Source of the DNA: Gemmatimonadales bacterium
GTDB lineage: Bacteria; Gemmatimonadota; Gemmatimonadetes; Gemmatimonadales; GWC2-71-9
Assembly: GCA_031404115.1 (NCBI GenBank)
Contig: JANNGX010000051.1
Coordinates: 1-58,878, forward strand
Reading direction: 5' to 3'
Length of the DNA: 58,878 nt
Shown: positions 37,427 through 45,364 of the stretch, piece after piece
Layout of the letters: each line of letters starts with the position of its first letter
Numbering within the stretch: position 1 is the stretch's first letter
Program-made: the position numbers and the translations under genes
The notes under the pieces: generated by a model
Told to the model about the DNA's origin: nothing
Database searches by the model: none
The model's input: the letters and a program-made list of their open reading frames with translations, nothing else

Positions 37427-38290
37427 TCAGGAGGAACCGGAGCGAGGCACCTCCTCGCCCCTCGCGGTCGTGTCGAGAAGCTCCTGACAGCGGCGGGCCC
37501 ACGGTGCGAAGCGATTGGCTCCCGCACCCTGTTCCCAGGTAGCCCGGGCCGTATCGCGCTGCCCGGCGAACCACTGGGCCCGGCCGAGATCGTAGTAGGC
37601 CTCGATCAGGTTGGGTCCCAGCACCAGCGCCTTCTTGAGGAAGGACTCGGCATCGGCCATCATGCCGCGTTCCAGGTACACCAGGCCGAGGTAGTAGTTC
37701 GCGTACAGCGTGGCCTTGCGGTCGTTGTCGAGCCGGATCACCCGGGACAGGTGTTCGATGGCCTCGCCGAAAATCTTCTTCTTGAGGCAGATATAGCCGA
37801 CGTTCACGCGGGCCAGCGCATTGGCCGGCTCTTTGATCAGCACCTTCGAGAAGGTGACGAGCGCGTCGTCGTACTGCTCCGACAGCATCTCGGCCCAGCC
37901 GAGCAGGGAGAGCGCCTGCGGGTCGCCCGGGGAGAGTTCCAGCGCGCGGTTGAGCGCCTGGATCGCTCCCGGAGGATCCCCGAGCGAAATCAGGCTCCAG
38001 CCCTTTTCGATGTAGGTCGAGGCGCCCAGATGATCCCGGTGCAGCTGGGGCACCGGCGCCGCGCCCGCGTCGCTGGCTGACTGCTTGTAGCGGTCCACCA
38101 GGCCACGGATCTCTTCCTTGAGCTCCGCGAGGTCGCCCAGCGCGCCATCCACGCGCTTGAAGAAGCCGATGATCCGGCGTTTGACCTCCTCGCGCTGGAG
38201 CCGGGCCGGCGAGGCGTCCAGGGCGGCGGCGATGTCCCGGAATTCCTCCCGGAGCGCCGCCACGATCGGATCGGGAGTCGGACCGGTCAC
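37427..38290 (-). CDS. TPR-repeat protein (287 aa)
   Basis: N-terminal helical region followed by 4-5 TPR units (e.g. AIQALNRALELSPGDPQAL, AIEHLSRVIRLDNDRKATLYANYYLGLVY). GTG overlaps the cheD stop (GTGA). Confidence 0.7.
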   Translation of the reverse strand: MTGPTPDPIVAALREEFRDIAAALDASPARLQREEVKRRIIGFFKRVDGALGDLAELKEEIRGLVDRYKQSASDAGAAPVPQLHRDHLGASTYIEKGWSLISLGDPPGAIQALNRALELSPGDPQALSLLGWAEMLSEQYDDALVTFSKVLIKEPANALARVNVGYICLKKKIFGEAIEHLSRVIRLDNDRKATLYANYYLGLVYLERGMMADAESFLKKALVLGPNLIEAYYDLGRAQWFAGQRDTARATWEQGAGANRFAPWARRCQELLDTTARGEEVPRSGSS

Positions 38291-38778
38291 AACTCCACTT
38301 TTCCGTGCTCGTAGGACGAGACGATGACCCGGCCGGTGTCGAGGTCGAAATCCACCGAGCGACCGAAGTCGCGGCCGACCGCCTCGCCGACCACCTGAAT
38401 GCCGTGCCGATGCAGAACTTCGCGTGCGGCGTGCACGTTCCGCTCGCCCATCTGGATGGTGCCGGCCGGCTGGAGCGAGGCGAACATGCTGGCCCCCCCC
38501 ACGAGCCTCGCGGTGAGCCGCCGCGACACGGCGCCCATCGCCAGGACCCGCTCGTTCAGGAGGGCCACTGCCGTCGGCGCGAAGCGGCCGGGGGCATCGG
38601 CGCGGGGCCGCCCGACGTTGGTGGAAGGCAGCAGCACGTGGGCCAGGCCGCCCACCTTGGCCATCGGGTCGTACAAGATGACGGCGACGCAGCTTCCCAG
38701 CGCCAGCGCCGTGAGCGTGGCAGGCGCCTTGGCCACCTCGATCGCCGAAATGCCGACGAAGATCCTCGGGGCAGTCAC
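38287..38778 (-). CDS. cheD: chemoreceptor glutamine deamidase CheD
   Basis: 163 aa from GTG 38778, overlapping the cheR stop (GTGA). Motifs LTALALGSCVAVILYDP, GGLAHVLLPS and IGERNV-like MGERNV. The ORF-track version (to 38961) runs into cheR. Confidence 0.9.
   Translation of the reverse strand: MTAPRIFVGISAIEVAKAPATLTALALGSCVAVILYDPMAKVGGLAHVLLPSTNVGRPRADAPGRFAPTAVALLNERVLAMGAVSRRLTARLVGGASMFASLQPAGTIQMGERNVHAAREVLHRHGIQVVGEAVGRDFGRSVDFDLDTGRVIVSSYEHGKVEL
38493..38500. repeat. C8/G8 homopolymer inside cheD (in frame as given)
   Basis: ggcccccccc at 38491-38500. It encodes VGGA on the minus strand. Confidence 0.9.
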
Positions 38779-39593
38779 GGCGCCCTCCGGTAAATGCGAT
38801 GAGTGATATCGACCGGCACCAACCGGGGCTCCGGCAGTGCCACCAGCGATTCGGTGCGTCCCAGCATTAACAGCCCGCCCGGTGTGAGGGCGCGGAAGGC
38901 GGAATCGAGGACCCGGCGCTGGCCTTCCCGTCCCAGGAAGATCAGCAGATTCCGGCAGCAAATCAGATCGCAGGATTCCGGCGCGGTCGCGACCGTCGTC
39001 AGGTCTTCCCGGCGAAACGTGAGGCGGGAACGCAACTCGGATTCCACTTCGAAGCAGCCGTCATGGATGCTGCCGTGGTTGCGCGCCATGACCTCCCGGA
39101 TCGCCACGGCGGCCGGTGGCTGATAGAGACCCGCTTCGGCCTGGACCAGTGCCTGGGGATCCACATCGGAGGCGTGGACCCGGATCCGGTCGGCCGGGAT
39201 CCCGCCCTGCCGCACGGCGTGATCGGACAGCAACATCGCGAGCGTCCACGCCTCCTCCCCCGTGGCGCACCCCATGCTCCAGGCGGTAATCGCGCCGCGA
39301 GCCGTGCCGGTGCGCTCGGTTTCGAGCACATCCCTGAGCCGCTGCCAGCTGTCCGGGTTTCGGAAGAAGCCGGTGACCCTCACCGAAATCGTGTGCAAGA
39401 GACGATCCACTTCGCCGGGATCCTCCCGCAGCATGGCGGCGTACGCGAGCAGGGAATCGGCGCGGAGCGCGCGCATCCGCACCTCGATACGGCGAACCAG
39501 GCAGGAGTCCTTATACCACTCGAACCCCGCAGCCCCGCTCCGGGCCAGCTGATCGATTACCGCCACGAGTCCCAAGTCCTCGCGCCCGGTCAC
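38775..39593 (-). CDS. cheR: chemotaxis protein methyltransferase CheR
   Basis: 272 aa from GTG 39593, overlapping the upstream stop (GTGA). FFRNPDSW, WSMGCATGEEAWTLAMLL, DLICCRNLLIFL. Confidence 0.9.
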   Translation of the reverse strand: MTGREDLGLVAVIDQLARSGAAGFEWYKDSCLVRRIEVRMRALRADSLLAYAAMLREDPGEVDRLLHTISVRVTGFFRNPDSWQRLRDVLETERTGTARGAITAWSMGCATGEEAWTLAMLLSDHAVRQGGIPADRIRVHASDVDPQALVQAEAGLYQPPAAVAIREVMARNHGSIHDGCFEVESELRSRLTFRREDLTTVATAPESCDLICCRNLLIFLGREGQRRVLDSAFRALTPGGLLMLGRTESLVALPEPRLVPVDITHRIYRRAP

Positions 39594-41203
39594 GACATCC
39601 GCAGGGTATCGAGGTTGGCCCGGGCGAGCTGGTGCCCGGGGTTCAGCGCCACGGCGCGCTCCCAGCATTCGCGGGCCCGGGGACCATTGCGCTCCCGGAA
39701 GGCAAGATTGCCCAGCTTGAAATAGACATCGTCACCGAGGGTGGGATCGAGTGCCGTGGCACGCTCGTAGAGCGTCGCCGCATCCTCGTAGCGGCCGGAG
39801 CGGTAACAGAGGTCGCCCAGGTTCTTGAATGGCTGGGGCAGCGAGGCGTCTTCGGCGATCGTTTGCCGGAGCATGGTTTCCGCTTCCGCCACCGAGCCGG
39901 TTGCCTCCATGAGCACGGCGCAATTATTCCGGAGCACCACGTCCTCCGGATGCCGCTCGGTACCCTCGAGCGCCAGGCCAAGCGCGTACTCGAGATCTTC
40001 GGTGCCGACCGCGGCGCGGGTCGCGGCCCAGTACCAGAGCGCGGGCGGCGGATCCCGCAGCAGTTCCCGGGCCCGTTGCAGTCGCTGGCGCGCCACGCCA
40101 GCGTCGTGGCGTTCGAGCGCCAGGATACCCCAGCTGGTGTGAATCCTCGGATCGTCCGGCGCGCGGCTGGCGGCTTCCGCCAGCACGGTTTCGGCCTGGT
40201 CGAGCCGGCCCATGTGCTCCAGCGCCACCCCCAGGTTGTGCAGCAACGCGGCCCGGGGTCCGCTCCGGTCCAGCGCCTGACGGAAGTGGTCCGCGGCCTC
40301 GGCCCACTGATGCTGGCGCGCGGCAATGAGCCCCAGATAGAACGGAGCGCTTCCTTCGGCCGGGCGGAGCTCGGCCACGCGGCGGAACTCCCGCAGCGCC
40401 TCGTCCAGCATGTCGGTGCGGTAGAAGGCGACGCCAAGGTTGCGGTGCTCCTCGATCTGGGCCTCGAGCAGTCGCGATGGCGCCGCCATCGAGGACACCC
40501 CGACCTTGTGCGCGAGCCCGGCGGTCACCAGGCCGTAGAGCGCCTGCCCCGCTTCGAACTCGGAGAGGCCCGACGCGTCGATCACGGCCCGCAGGTCGCG
40601 GCGACCGTCCAGAAGCGGGAGTATCCGCCGCTGCGCCTCGGTAAACTCGGACTGGTGGCCGGCGACTTGGCCCTCGAGAGCTGAGTAGATCAGGTCGAAG
40701 CTGGGGATCTTCTTCTCTATCAGGCTCCATTCGTCGACCCGGCGCGCGCCTTCGAGGAGCAGCGATTCGGGATTGATCTTCTCGAGCAGATCTTCCGAAT
40801 CGGGGTGGACGCCGGCCTCGAAACTGAAGGTGCCGGTGTTCCAGCCAAAGAGCGAATACACCGCTTCGTCGATCTGGATCCGCACGAACCGGCGGAGTCC
40901 CTCCGGAGCCAGGATCCCGAGGTTGACCAGCAGGTCGCCGATCCGGCGGCCGGGCGCGGTGTCCTGCAGCGCGAGGGCCTGATCGAGCTGGGCCCGGGTG
41001 ACGGTCCCGGTCGCGAGCAACATGTCGCCCAGGCGGTCCCGGCGATTCGTGATCGCGGCGTACGTGATCCAGCCTTCGTCGAAGAAAATCGAGCCGTGAC
41101 GCTGGCGGTCCGCGACGGACAGGCAGCCGGTACGCCTGCCCAGGAACAGGAGCTGGATCACATCGGGAAGGCTGGCCTCCTTGAGACTGCCCTTGATGGC
41201 CAT
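39590..41203 (-). CDS. PATAN (DUF4388) domain protein fused to TPR repeats (537 aa)
   Basis: The N-terminus MAIKGSLKEASLPDVIQLLFLGRRTGCLSVADRQRHGSIFFDEGWITYA is a canonical DUF4388/PATAN start. The C-terminal half has about 7 TPR units. No receiver domain. Its ATG shares one base with the stop of the AAA+ gene. Confidence 0.75.
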   Translation of the reverse strand: MAIKGSLKEASLPDVIQLLFLGRRTGCLSVADRQRHGSIFFDEGWITYAAITNRRDRLGDMLLATGTVTRAQLDQALALQDTAPGRRIGDLLVNLGILAPEGLRRFVRIQIDEAVYSLFGWNTGTFSFEAGVHPDSEDLLEKINPESLLLEGARRVDEWSLIEKKIPSFDLIYSALEGQVAGHQSEFTEAQRRILPLLDGRRDLRAVIDASGLSEFEAGQALYGLVTAGLAHKVGVSSMAAPSRLLEAQIEEHRNLGVAFYRTDMLDEALREFRRVAELRPAEGSAPFYLGLIAARQHQWAEAADHFRQALDRSGPRAALLHNLGVALEHMGRLDQAETVLAEAASRAPDDPRIHTSWGILALERHDAGVARQRLQRARELLRDPPPALWYWAATRAAVGTEDLEYALGLALEGTERHPEDVVLRNNCAVLMEATGSVAEAETMLRQTIAEDASLPQPFKNLGDLCYRSGRYEDAATLYERATALDPTLGDDVYFKLGNLAFRERNGPRARECWERAVALNPGHQLARANLDTLRMS

Positions 41204-43164
41204 CAGCGAAGCTCCGCCAGCAGCCGGTCGGCGACCGCGGGCCAGTGCATGACGGTCTTCTCCGGGCTTCGCACCTGCCCCATGCCCGGCGTGAGGATGC
41301 CGCTCCCGCGCCGGGGGTCGGGGCGCCGCACGCCGCGTGACAGGCCGATGTCCATCACGTCGAGGACTTCGCGCGCGAGGGCGGGGCTGGGCTCGACCTG
41401 CTGCGCCGCGGCCTCACCCAGGACCCGTTGCACCATGCCCTGCACCGCGCGCACCGAGTCGGCGGGACGAGCGGCGAGGAAGTCGGCGAGGGCTGCGTCG
41501 TCCGCCGCGGCGGAGCCGGCCAGCAGCCGCTTCACGACGGCGAGGCGGACCTCGCGGTCGGGAGACGGCAGCTCCACCGCCAGGCCGCCGCCCAGTCGTG
41601 CCAGGAGGCGACCGTCCAGCCCCTCGAGTTCTTCGAGCGGCCGGGTGGTGCTGAACACCATCTGACGGCGACCTTCGGTCAGCTCGCCGATCAGGAGGTT
41701 GAGCTCGTCCTGAGCGGCGCGATCGCCGGCCAGCAGATGCAGGTCATCGAGCAGCAGCGCCCCGACCCAGCCATAGCGATGCCGCCAGGACGCCAGCGCG
41801 TCGGGGTCCGGAAGGGCCCGAACCTCCGCGGCGAACGCGTGGCTGCCCAGGCAGGCGACCGGCGCCACCCCTGCCACCGCCAGCGCATTGCCCAGCGCGT
41901 GGAGGTAGTGGGTCTTTCCAGTACCGCTCGCCCCGATCACCACCAGTGGAGAGTAGCGCCGCCCCGGCTCGGCGATGATGTCCCGCGCCGCCATCATCGG
42001 GAGCCGAATCGACGGGCCTTCGGCGAAGTCTTCCCAGCGGTAGTGCGAAAGCGGGGCGGTCAGCGGGGCGCTGCGCGATCCGGCCTGCGCCACCAGCGCG
42101 CGGGCGGCCGCCACCTGGTCGGGGTCTCGGAACACTTCGGCGCCGGCGAGATCCGGCGCGAGCTGCGCGGCCTTCGCGCCCAGGGCAATGATCTCCGCGG
42201 CATCCGACTCGTAGGCGGCGAGGACCGCCTCGGGGTCGCCCGGCGCCTCATCGGCGAGCAGCGCCTCGAGACGCCGGGTGCGCAGCCCCTCCCCGCCCCA
42301 GCGCAGCAACGCCTCACCGATGCGCCGGCGCCAGCGGTCCACCTGTTCGGAGAGCCCGGCCGAAACCTCCGACAGGAACGCCCCGAACTCGTCACCACCC
42401 AACCCGGCCGGCACCGCGTCGGCCTCGACCTGAGGAACCGGCGCCACCGGCGCGCCGATCAGGAGCAGCGCATCGCGAGGGGAGAGCGGCAACGCGGTGG
42501 CCTCCTGAAATGCCACCAGGCGGGAGAGCGCACCCGTATAGTCGCGCATCGAGGCGAACTCGGCGTCGGCCACTGCGCGGACCACGTCATCGAGCAGCAC
42601 GGTCTCGTGCCCGTGCAGCCGGCGACGGAGGATCGCGTAGCGGGCCTCCGCGCCGGGCAACGAGAGCTGCACCGTGGTGCCCTCGCCGAGCCGGCGCAGC
42701 AGCCGGGCGTCCAGACCGGTCAGTTGCTCCACCGGCACGGAGGTGGCCACCACTACCTCGCGCCCCGCGCCGCGCCGCCCGTCCAGGAGGTCCGCAACCA
42801 GGCCCTGACAGTCCTGGTGTCGCGCCAGGTGCTCGAGGTCGTCGATCAGCACCAGGTCGGCGGCCTGGAGCTCGGCCCGGCACATCTCGCCTCGGGCCAC
42901 GAGAAGCGCCGACCGGTAGCGCTCGGCCAGCTCGCCCGGGTCGAACGATTCGACGACGGCGGTCGGATGCTGGGCCCGGATTCGACCGGCGATCGCCTGG
43001 AGCAGCTCGGTCTTTCCACTGCCGGAGGAGCCCACGATCACCAGCGGCGCAAAGGGGACGCCGCTCGCGTCGGCCACCGCGCGCGCGGCCGCCGCCGCGG
43101 GCCGGTTGGCCGCATCGAGCACGAAGGTCTCGAAGTCGGGCCGAGCCGTCAGCACACTGGTCAC
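41203..43164 (-). CDS. tandem DnaA/Hda-like AAA+ ATPase (two domain-III-like modules, no DnaA domain IV)
   Basis: 653 aa. Module 1: FETFVLDAANRPA, PLVIVGSSGSGKTELL, LVLIDDLEHL, VVVATSVPVEQLTGLDARLLRRLGEG. Module 2: PLVVIGASGTGKTHYL, LLLDDLHLLAGDRAAQDELNLLIGEL, MVFSTTRPLEELEGLDGRLLARLGGG. GTG overlaps the mglA stop (GTGA). Confidence 0.75.
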   Translation of the reverse strand: MTSVLTARPDFETFVLDAANRPAAAAARAVADASGVPFAPLVIVGSSGSGKTELLQAIAGRIRAQHPTAVVESFDPGELAERYRSALLVARGEMCRAELQAADLVLIDDLEHLARHQDCQGLVADLLDGRRGAGREVVVATSVPVEQLTGLDARLLRRLGEGTTVQLSLPGAEARYAILRRRLHGHETVLLDDVVRAVADAEFASMRDYTGALSRLVAFQEATALPLSPRDALLLIGAPVAPVPQVEADAVPAGLGGDEFGAFLSEVSAGLSEQVDRWRRRIGEALLRWGGEGLRTRRLEALLADEAPGDPEAVLAAYESDAAEIIALGAKAAQLAPDLAGAEVFRDPDQVAAARALVAQAGSRSAPLTAPLSHYRWEDFAEGPSIRLPMMAARDIIAEPGRRYSPLVVIGASGTGKTHYLHALGNALAVAGVAPVACLGSHAFAAEVRALPDPDALASWRHRYGWVGALLLDDLHLLAGDRAAQDELNLLIGELTEGRRQMVFSTTRPLEELEGLDGRLLARLGGGLAVELPSPDREVRLAVVKRLLAGSAAADDAALADFLAARPADSVRAVQGMVQRVLGEAAAQQVEPSPALAREVLDVMDIGLSRGVRRPDPRRGSGILTPGMGQVRSPEKTVMHWPAVADRLLAELR

Positions 43165-43763
43165 AGCGCCGATGGCCTGACGGCCAGTCGCTGGAGGACG
43201 AGGCCCGAGAGCGCCTTCAGGGTTTCGAACACCCCGGCGCCGTGGAGCGCATCGGCCGTCTGGCTCGGCACGCCACGAAAATTGAAGGCGTCGTCCAGGT
43301 CCGCTGGCGCCAGGATCAGATCGGGCGGAAGGTCCTGCTTGTTGTACTGAAGCACCAGAGGGAGCTGACGGATGTCCACGCCCTGTTCGAGAAGGTTTTC
43401 CTGCAGGTTCTGGAAGCTTTCCAGGTTGTCGTCGAAGCGGCGCGCCTGGCTGTCCACCACGAACACGACCCCGTCGGCACCCTGGAGCACCAATCTTCTG
43501 GTGGCATTGTAGTACACCTGGCCCGGCACGGTGTAGAGCTGGAACCGGGTGGTGAAACCGGAAATCATCCCCAGTTCGAGCGGGAGAAAATCGAAGAACA
43601 GGGTCCGATCCGACTGGGTGGCCAGCGACACCATGTTGCCCCTTCTATCCTCGGGGACCCGGCCGTGGATATAGAGCAAGTTAGTCGTCTTCCCGCATCG
43701 CCCTGGCCCGTAGTAGACCAGTTTGCAGGTGATTTCGCGGGTGGTGAAGTTTACCAGCGGCAT
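43161..43763 (-). CDS. mglA: Ras-like small GTPase MglA
   Basis: 200 aa, colinear with Myxococcus MglA. Motifs KLVYYGPGRCGKTT (P-loop), DRTLFFDFLP (intrinsic Arg region), YTVPGQVYY (Thr instead of Asp in G3, an MglA hallmark) and QYNKQD (NKxD). Confidence 0.92.
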   Translation of the reverse strand: MPLVNFTTREITCKLVYYGPGRCGKTTNLLYIHGRVPEDRRGNMVSLATQSDRTLFFDFLPLELGMISGFTTRFQLYTVPGQVYYNATRRLVLQGADGVVFVVDSQARRFDDNLESFQNLQENLLEQGVDIRQLPLVLQYNKQDLPPDLILAPADLDDAFNFRGVPSQTADALHGAGVFETLKALSGLVLQRLAVRPSAL

Positions 43764-43767
43764 GGGG

Positions 43768-44229
43768 TCATCGCCCGAACAGCGCCCGAAGGCTGCTGTT
43801 CAGTTCGGCTTCGAAGTCTTCGGCCAGCACCTGGCGGGGCGGCTCGTCGGCCGGCGCCGCGTTCGCCAGGTCCATGGCCATGCGGGCAAAAAAGAGCTGG
43901 ACCAATCCGAGTGATGTCTCCCCGCCGAACACCACCAGCCCCAGCCAGCGCCCCCGCGGGGTTTCGAAGGCGGCCAGGTAGACTCCCACCGCCGACCCAT
44001 GGTGAACCACAGCGCCCAGCGGACGGGAGCCCATCACCTTGGCGAGCTCGAAGGTGGAGGCCATGATGCCGGCGCCGAGCGCCGCCGCGGACATGACGTC
44101 GAGCGCCCGCGTGAACCCGTGCTGCGCCACCACCTGTCCCGAGGAGGTCATGAGGAGGGTGACCCGCGCGGCGGATTCGGCGAGGAAGGTCGTGAGGGGC
44201 GCTTCGACCCACGCCTCCAGCGCGCGCAT
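43768..44229 (-). CDS. mglB: Roadblock/LC7-domain protein, MglB-like (candidate GAP of MglA)
   Basis: 153 aa with a Roadblock pattern (VTLLMTSSGQVVAQHG...AAALGAGIMAS...GLVVFGGETSLGLV). It lies 4 nt upstream of mglA, the classical mglB-mglA order. Confidence 0.8.
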   Translation of the reverse strand: MRALEAWVEAPLTTFLAESAARVTLLMTSSGQVVAQHGFTRALDVMSAAALGAGIMASTFELAKVMGSRPLGAVVHHGSAVGVYLAAFETPRGRWLGLVVFGGETSLGLVQLFFARMAMDLANAAPADEPPRQVLAEDFEAELNSSLRALFGR

Positions 44230-44570
44230 CAGGCCGCCCGCCCGGCCGCGTCGAGCAGCCCCAGTCGCAGCTCGCCGGCGTTCACGTCCGGCGCCGCCAC
44301 GGCGACAATGAGCAATCCGCTCTGCCCCGGCGCGGCAAACAACGACCCGCTCGTCCCCGCCAGATGCATCATCACCGGTTCGGGCTGGCCCAGGGCGATG
44401 GTGACGCTCCGCATCCGCCCGGCCAGGCTCGCGGCGAGCGCCGCCACGGCGGAACCATCGACACCCTCCATCAGGGTATCGGCCACGACGAGCCCGTCAT
44501 CCCGCGACACGATCAGGACTCCGCGTACGCCGGGGATGCGGGTCAGCGCGGCGAGGACGGCGACGAGCAT
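44229..44570 (-). CDS. second Roadblock/LC7-domain protein (113 aa, MglC-like paralogue?)
   Basis: ATG at 44570 gives MLVAVLAALTRIPGVRGVLIVSRDDGLVVADTL...GLLIVAVAAPDVNAGELR, a typical Roadblock pattern. It has one-base overlaps at both ends. Confidence 0.7.
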   Translation of the reverse strand: MLVAVLAALTRIPGVRGVLIVSRDDGLVVADTLMEGVDGSAVAALAASLAGRMRSVTIALGQPEPVMMHLAGTSGSLFAAPGQSGLLIVAVAAPDVNAGELRLGLLDAAGRAA

Positions 44571-45364
44571 CAGACCAGTTCCTCCAGCCACCGTCGGGCG
44601 GACGAGGCGGCGCGCTCCGCCAGGAGCGCCAGCCGCCCCGCGGGAATCTCGCGCGGCCGCATGACCAGCAACACCGAATCGCCGGTGGGAGCCCGGAGCT
44701 CCAGGTGCGCCGGCCCGCCCTCGAGCGCGATGCGCCGCCAGGGACCGAGCCCGAGCAGCCGCGCGGCCCGCTCCGCTTCCCTGGTGACGCCGGCCAGGGC
44801 CGCGGCCACCGCGTCGCCGGCATCGGCCCCGTTCGCGTCGCTCACGCCGCCGGCGAGTACCCGCCCGTCGCGATCCACCAGGAGCGCCTGCCCCGGCTCC
44901 GGCTCCAGCGCGCGGGAGGGATCGGGAGCGGGTTCGGTGAAGCCGGGAACCAGCCGGGCGCCGGTGGCGCCACGCACCCGGTCGAGCGCGCTGCGGAGCA
45001 CCGCATCTTCGGGGGCCAGTTCGACCGCGCGCTCCAGGTAGCGAAGGCTGCGAGAGTGATCGCCGGCCCGGTAGCAGAGGAAGGCCAGGCCCTTGTGCGC
45101 GCCGATGTGCCCGGGGTCGAGCCGGAGCACCGTCGTCCAGGCGTCGAACGCCAGGTCGCCCTCGCCGCGGTCACTTCGAATCCGGGCCAGCAGATCGTAG
45201 GCCCCGGCCATTTCGGGATAACGGGCGGCACCCTGCTCGGCCACGGTCAGCGCGGATTCCAGCTGGGCGCGGCGTCGCAGTGCTTCCGCGAGCGGAAGGA
45301 ACGCCAGGCTGGAGGGATCCCGGGCCAGCTGCGTCGTCAGCGCCTGGATGTCGTCCGCGATCAC
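44570..45364 (-). CDS. TPR - Roadblock/LC7 fusion protein (264 aa)
   Basis: The N-terminal about 130 aa are TPR units (LPLAEALRRRAQLESALTVAEQGAARYP..., AFDAWTTVLRLDPGH...). The C-terminal about 100 aa are Roadblock-like (ALLVDRDGRVLAGG...AVAAALAGVTREAERAARLLGLG...SVLLVM). GTG overlaps the upstream stop. Confidence 0.65.
   Translation of the reverse strand: MIADDIQALTTQLARDPSSLAFLPLAEALRRRAQLESALTVAEQGAARYPEMAGAYDLLARIRSDRGEGDLAFDAWTTVLRLDPGHIGAHKGLAFLCYRAGDHSRSLRYLERAVELAPEDAVLRSALDRVRGATGARLVPGFTEPAPDPSRALEPEPGQALLVDRDGRVLAGGVSDANGADAGDAVAAALAGVTREAERAARLLGLGPWRRIALEGGPAHLELRAPTGDSVLLVMRPREIPAGRLALLAERAASSARRWLEELV

Noticed and set aside
41428-44066. 640-aa and 518-aa plus-strand ORFs antisense to the AAA+ gene, mglA and mglB
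   Set aside because: Shadow ORFs. The minus-strand products have clear P-loop, MglA and Roadblock motifs, while the plus-strand translations are Arg/Pro/Gly runs.
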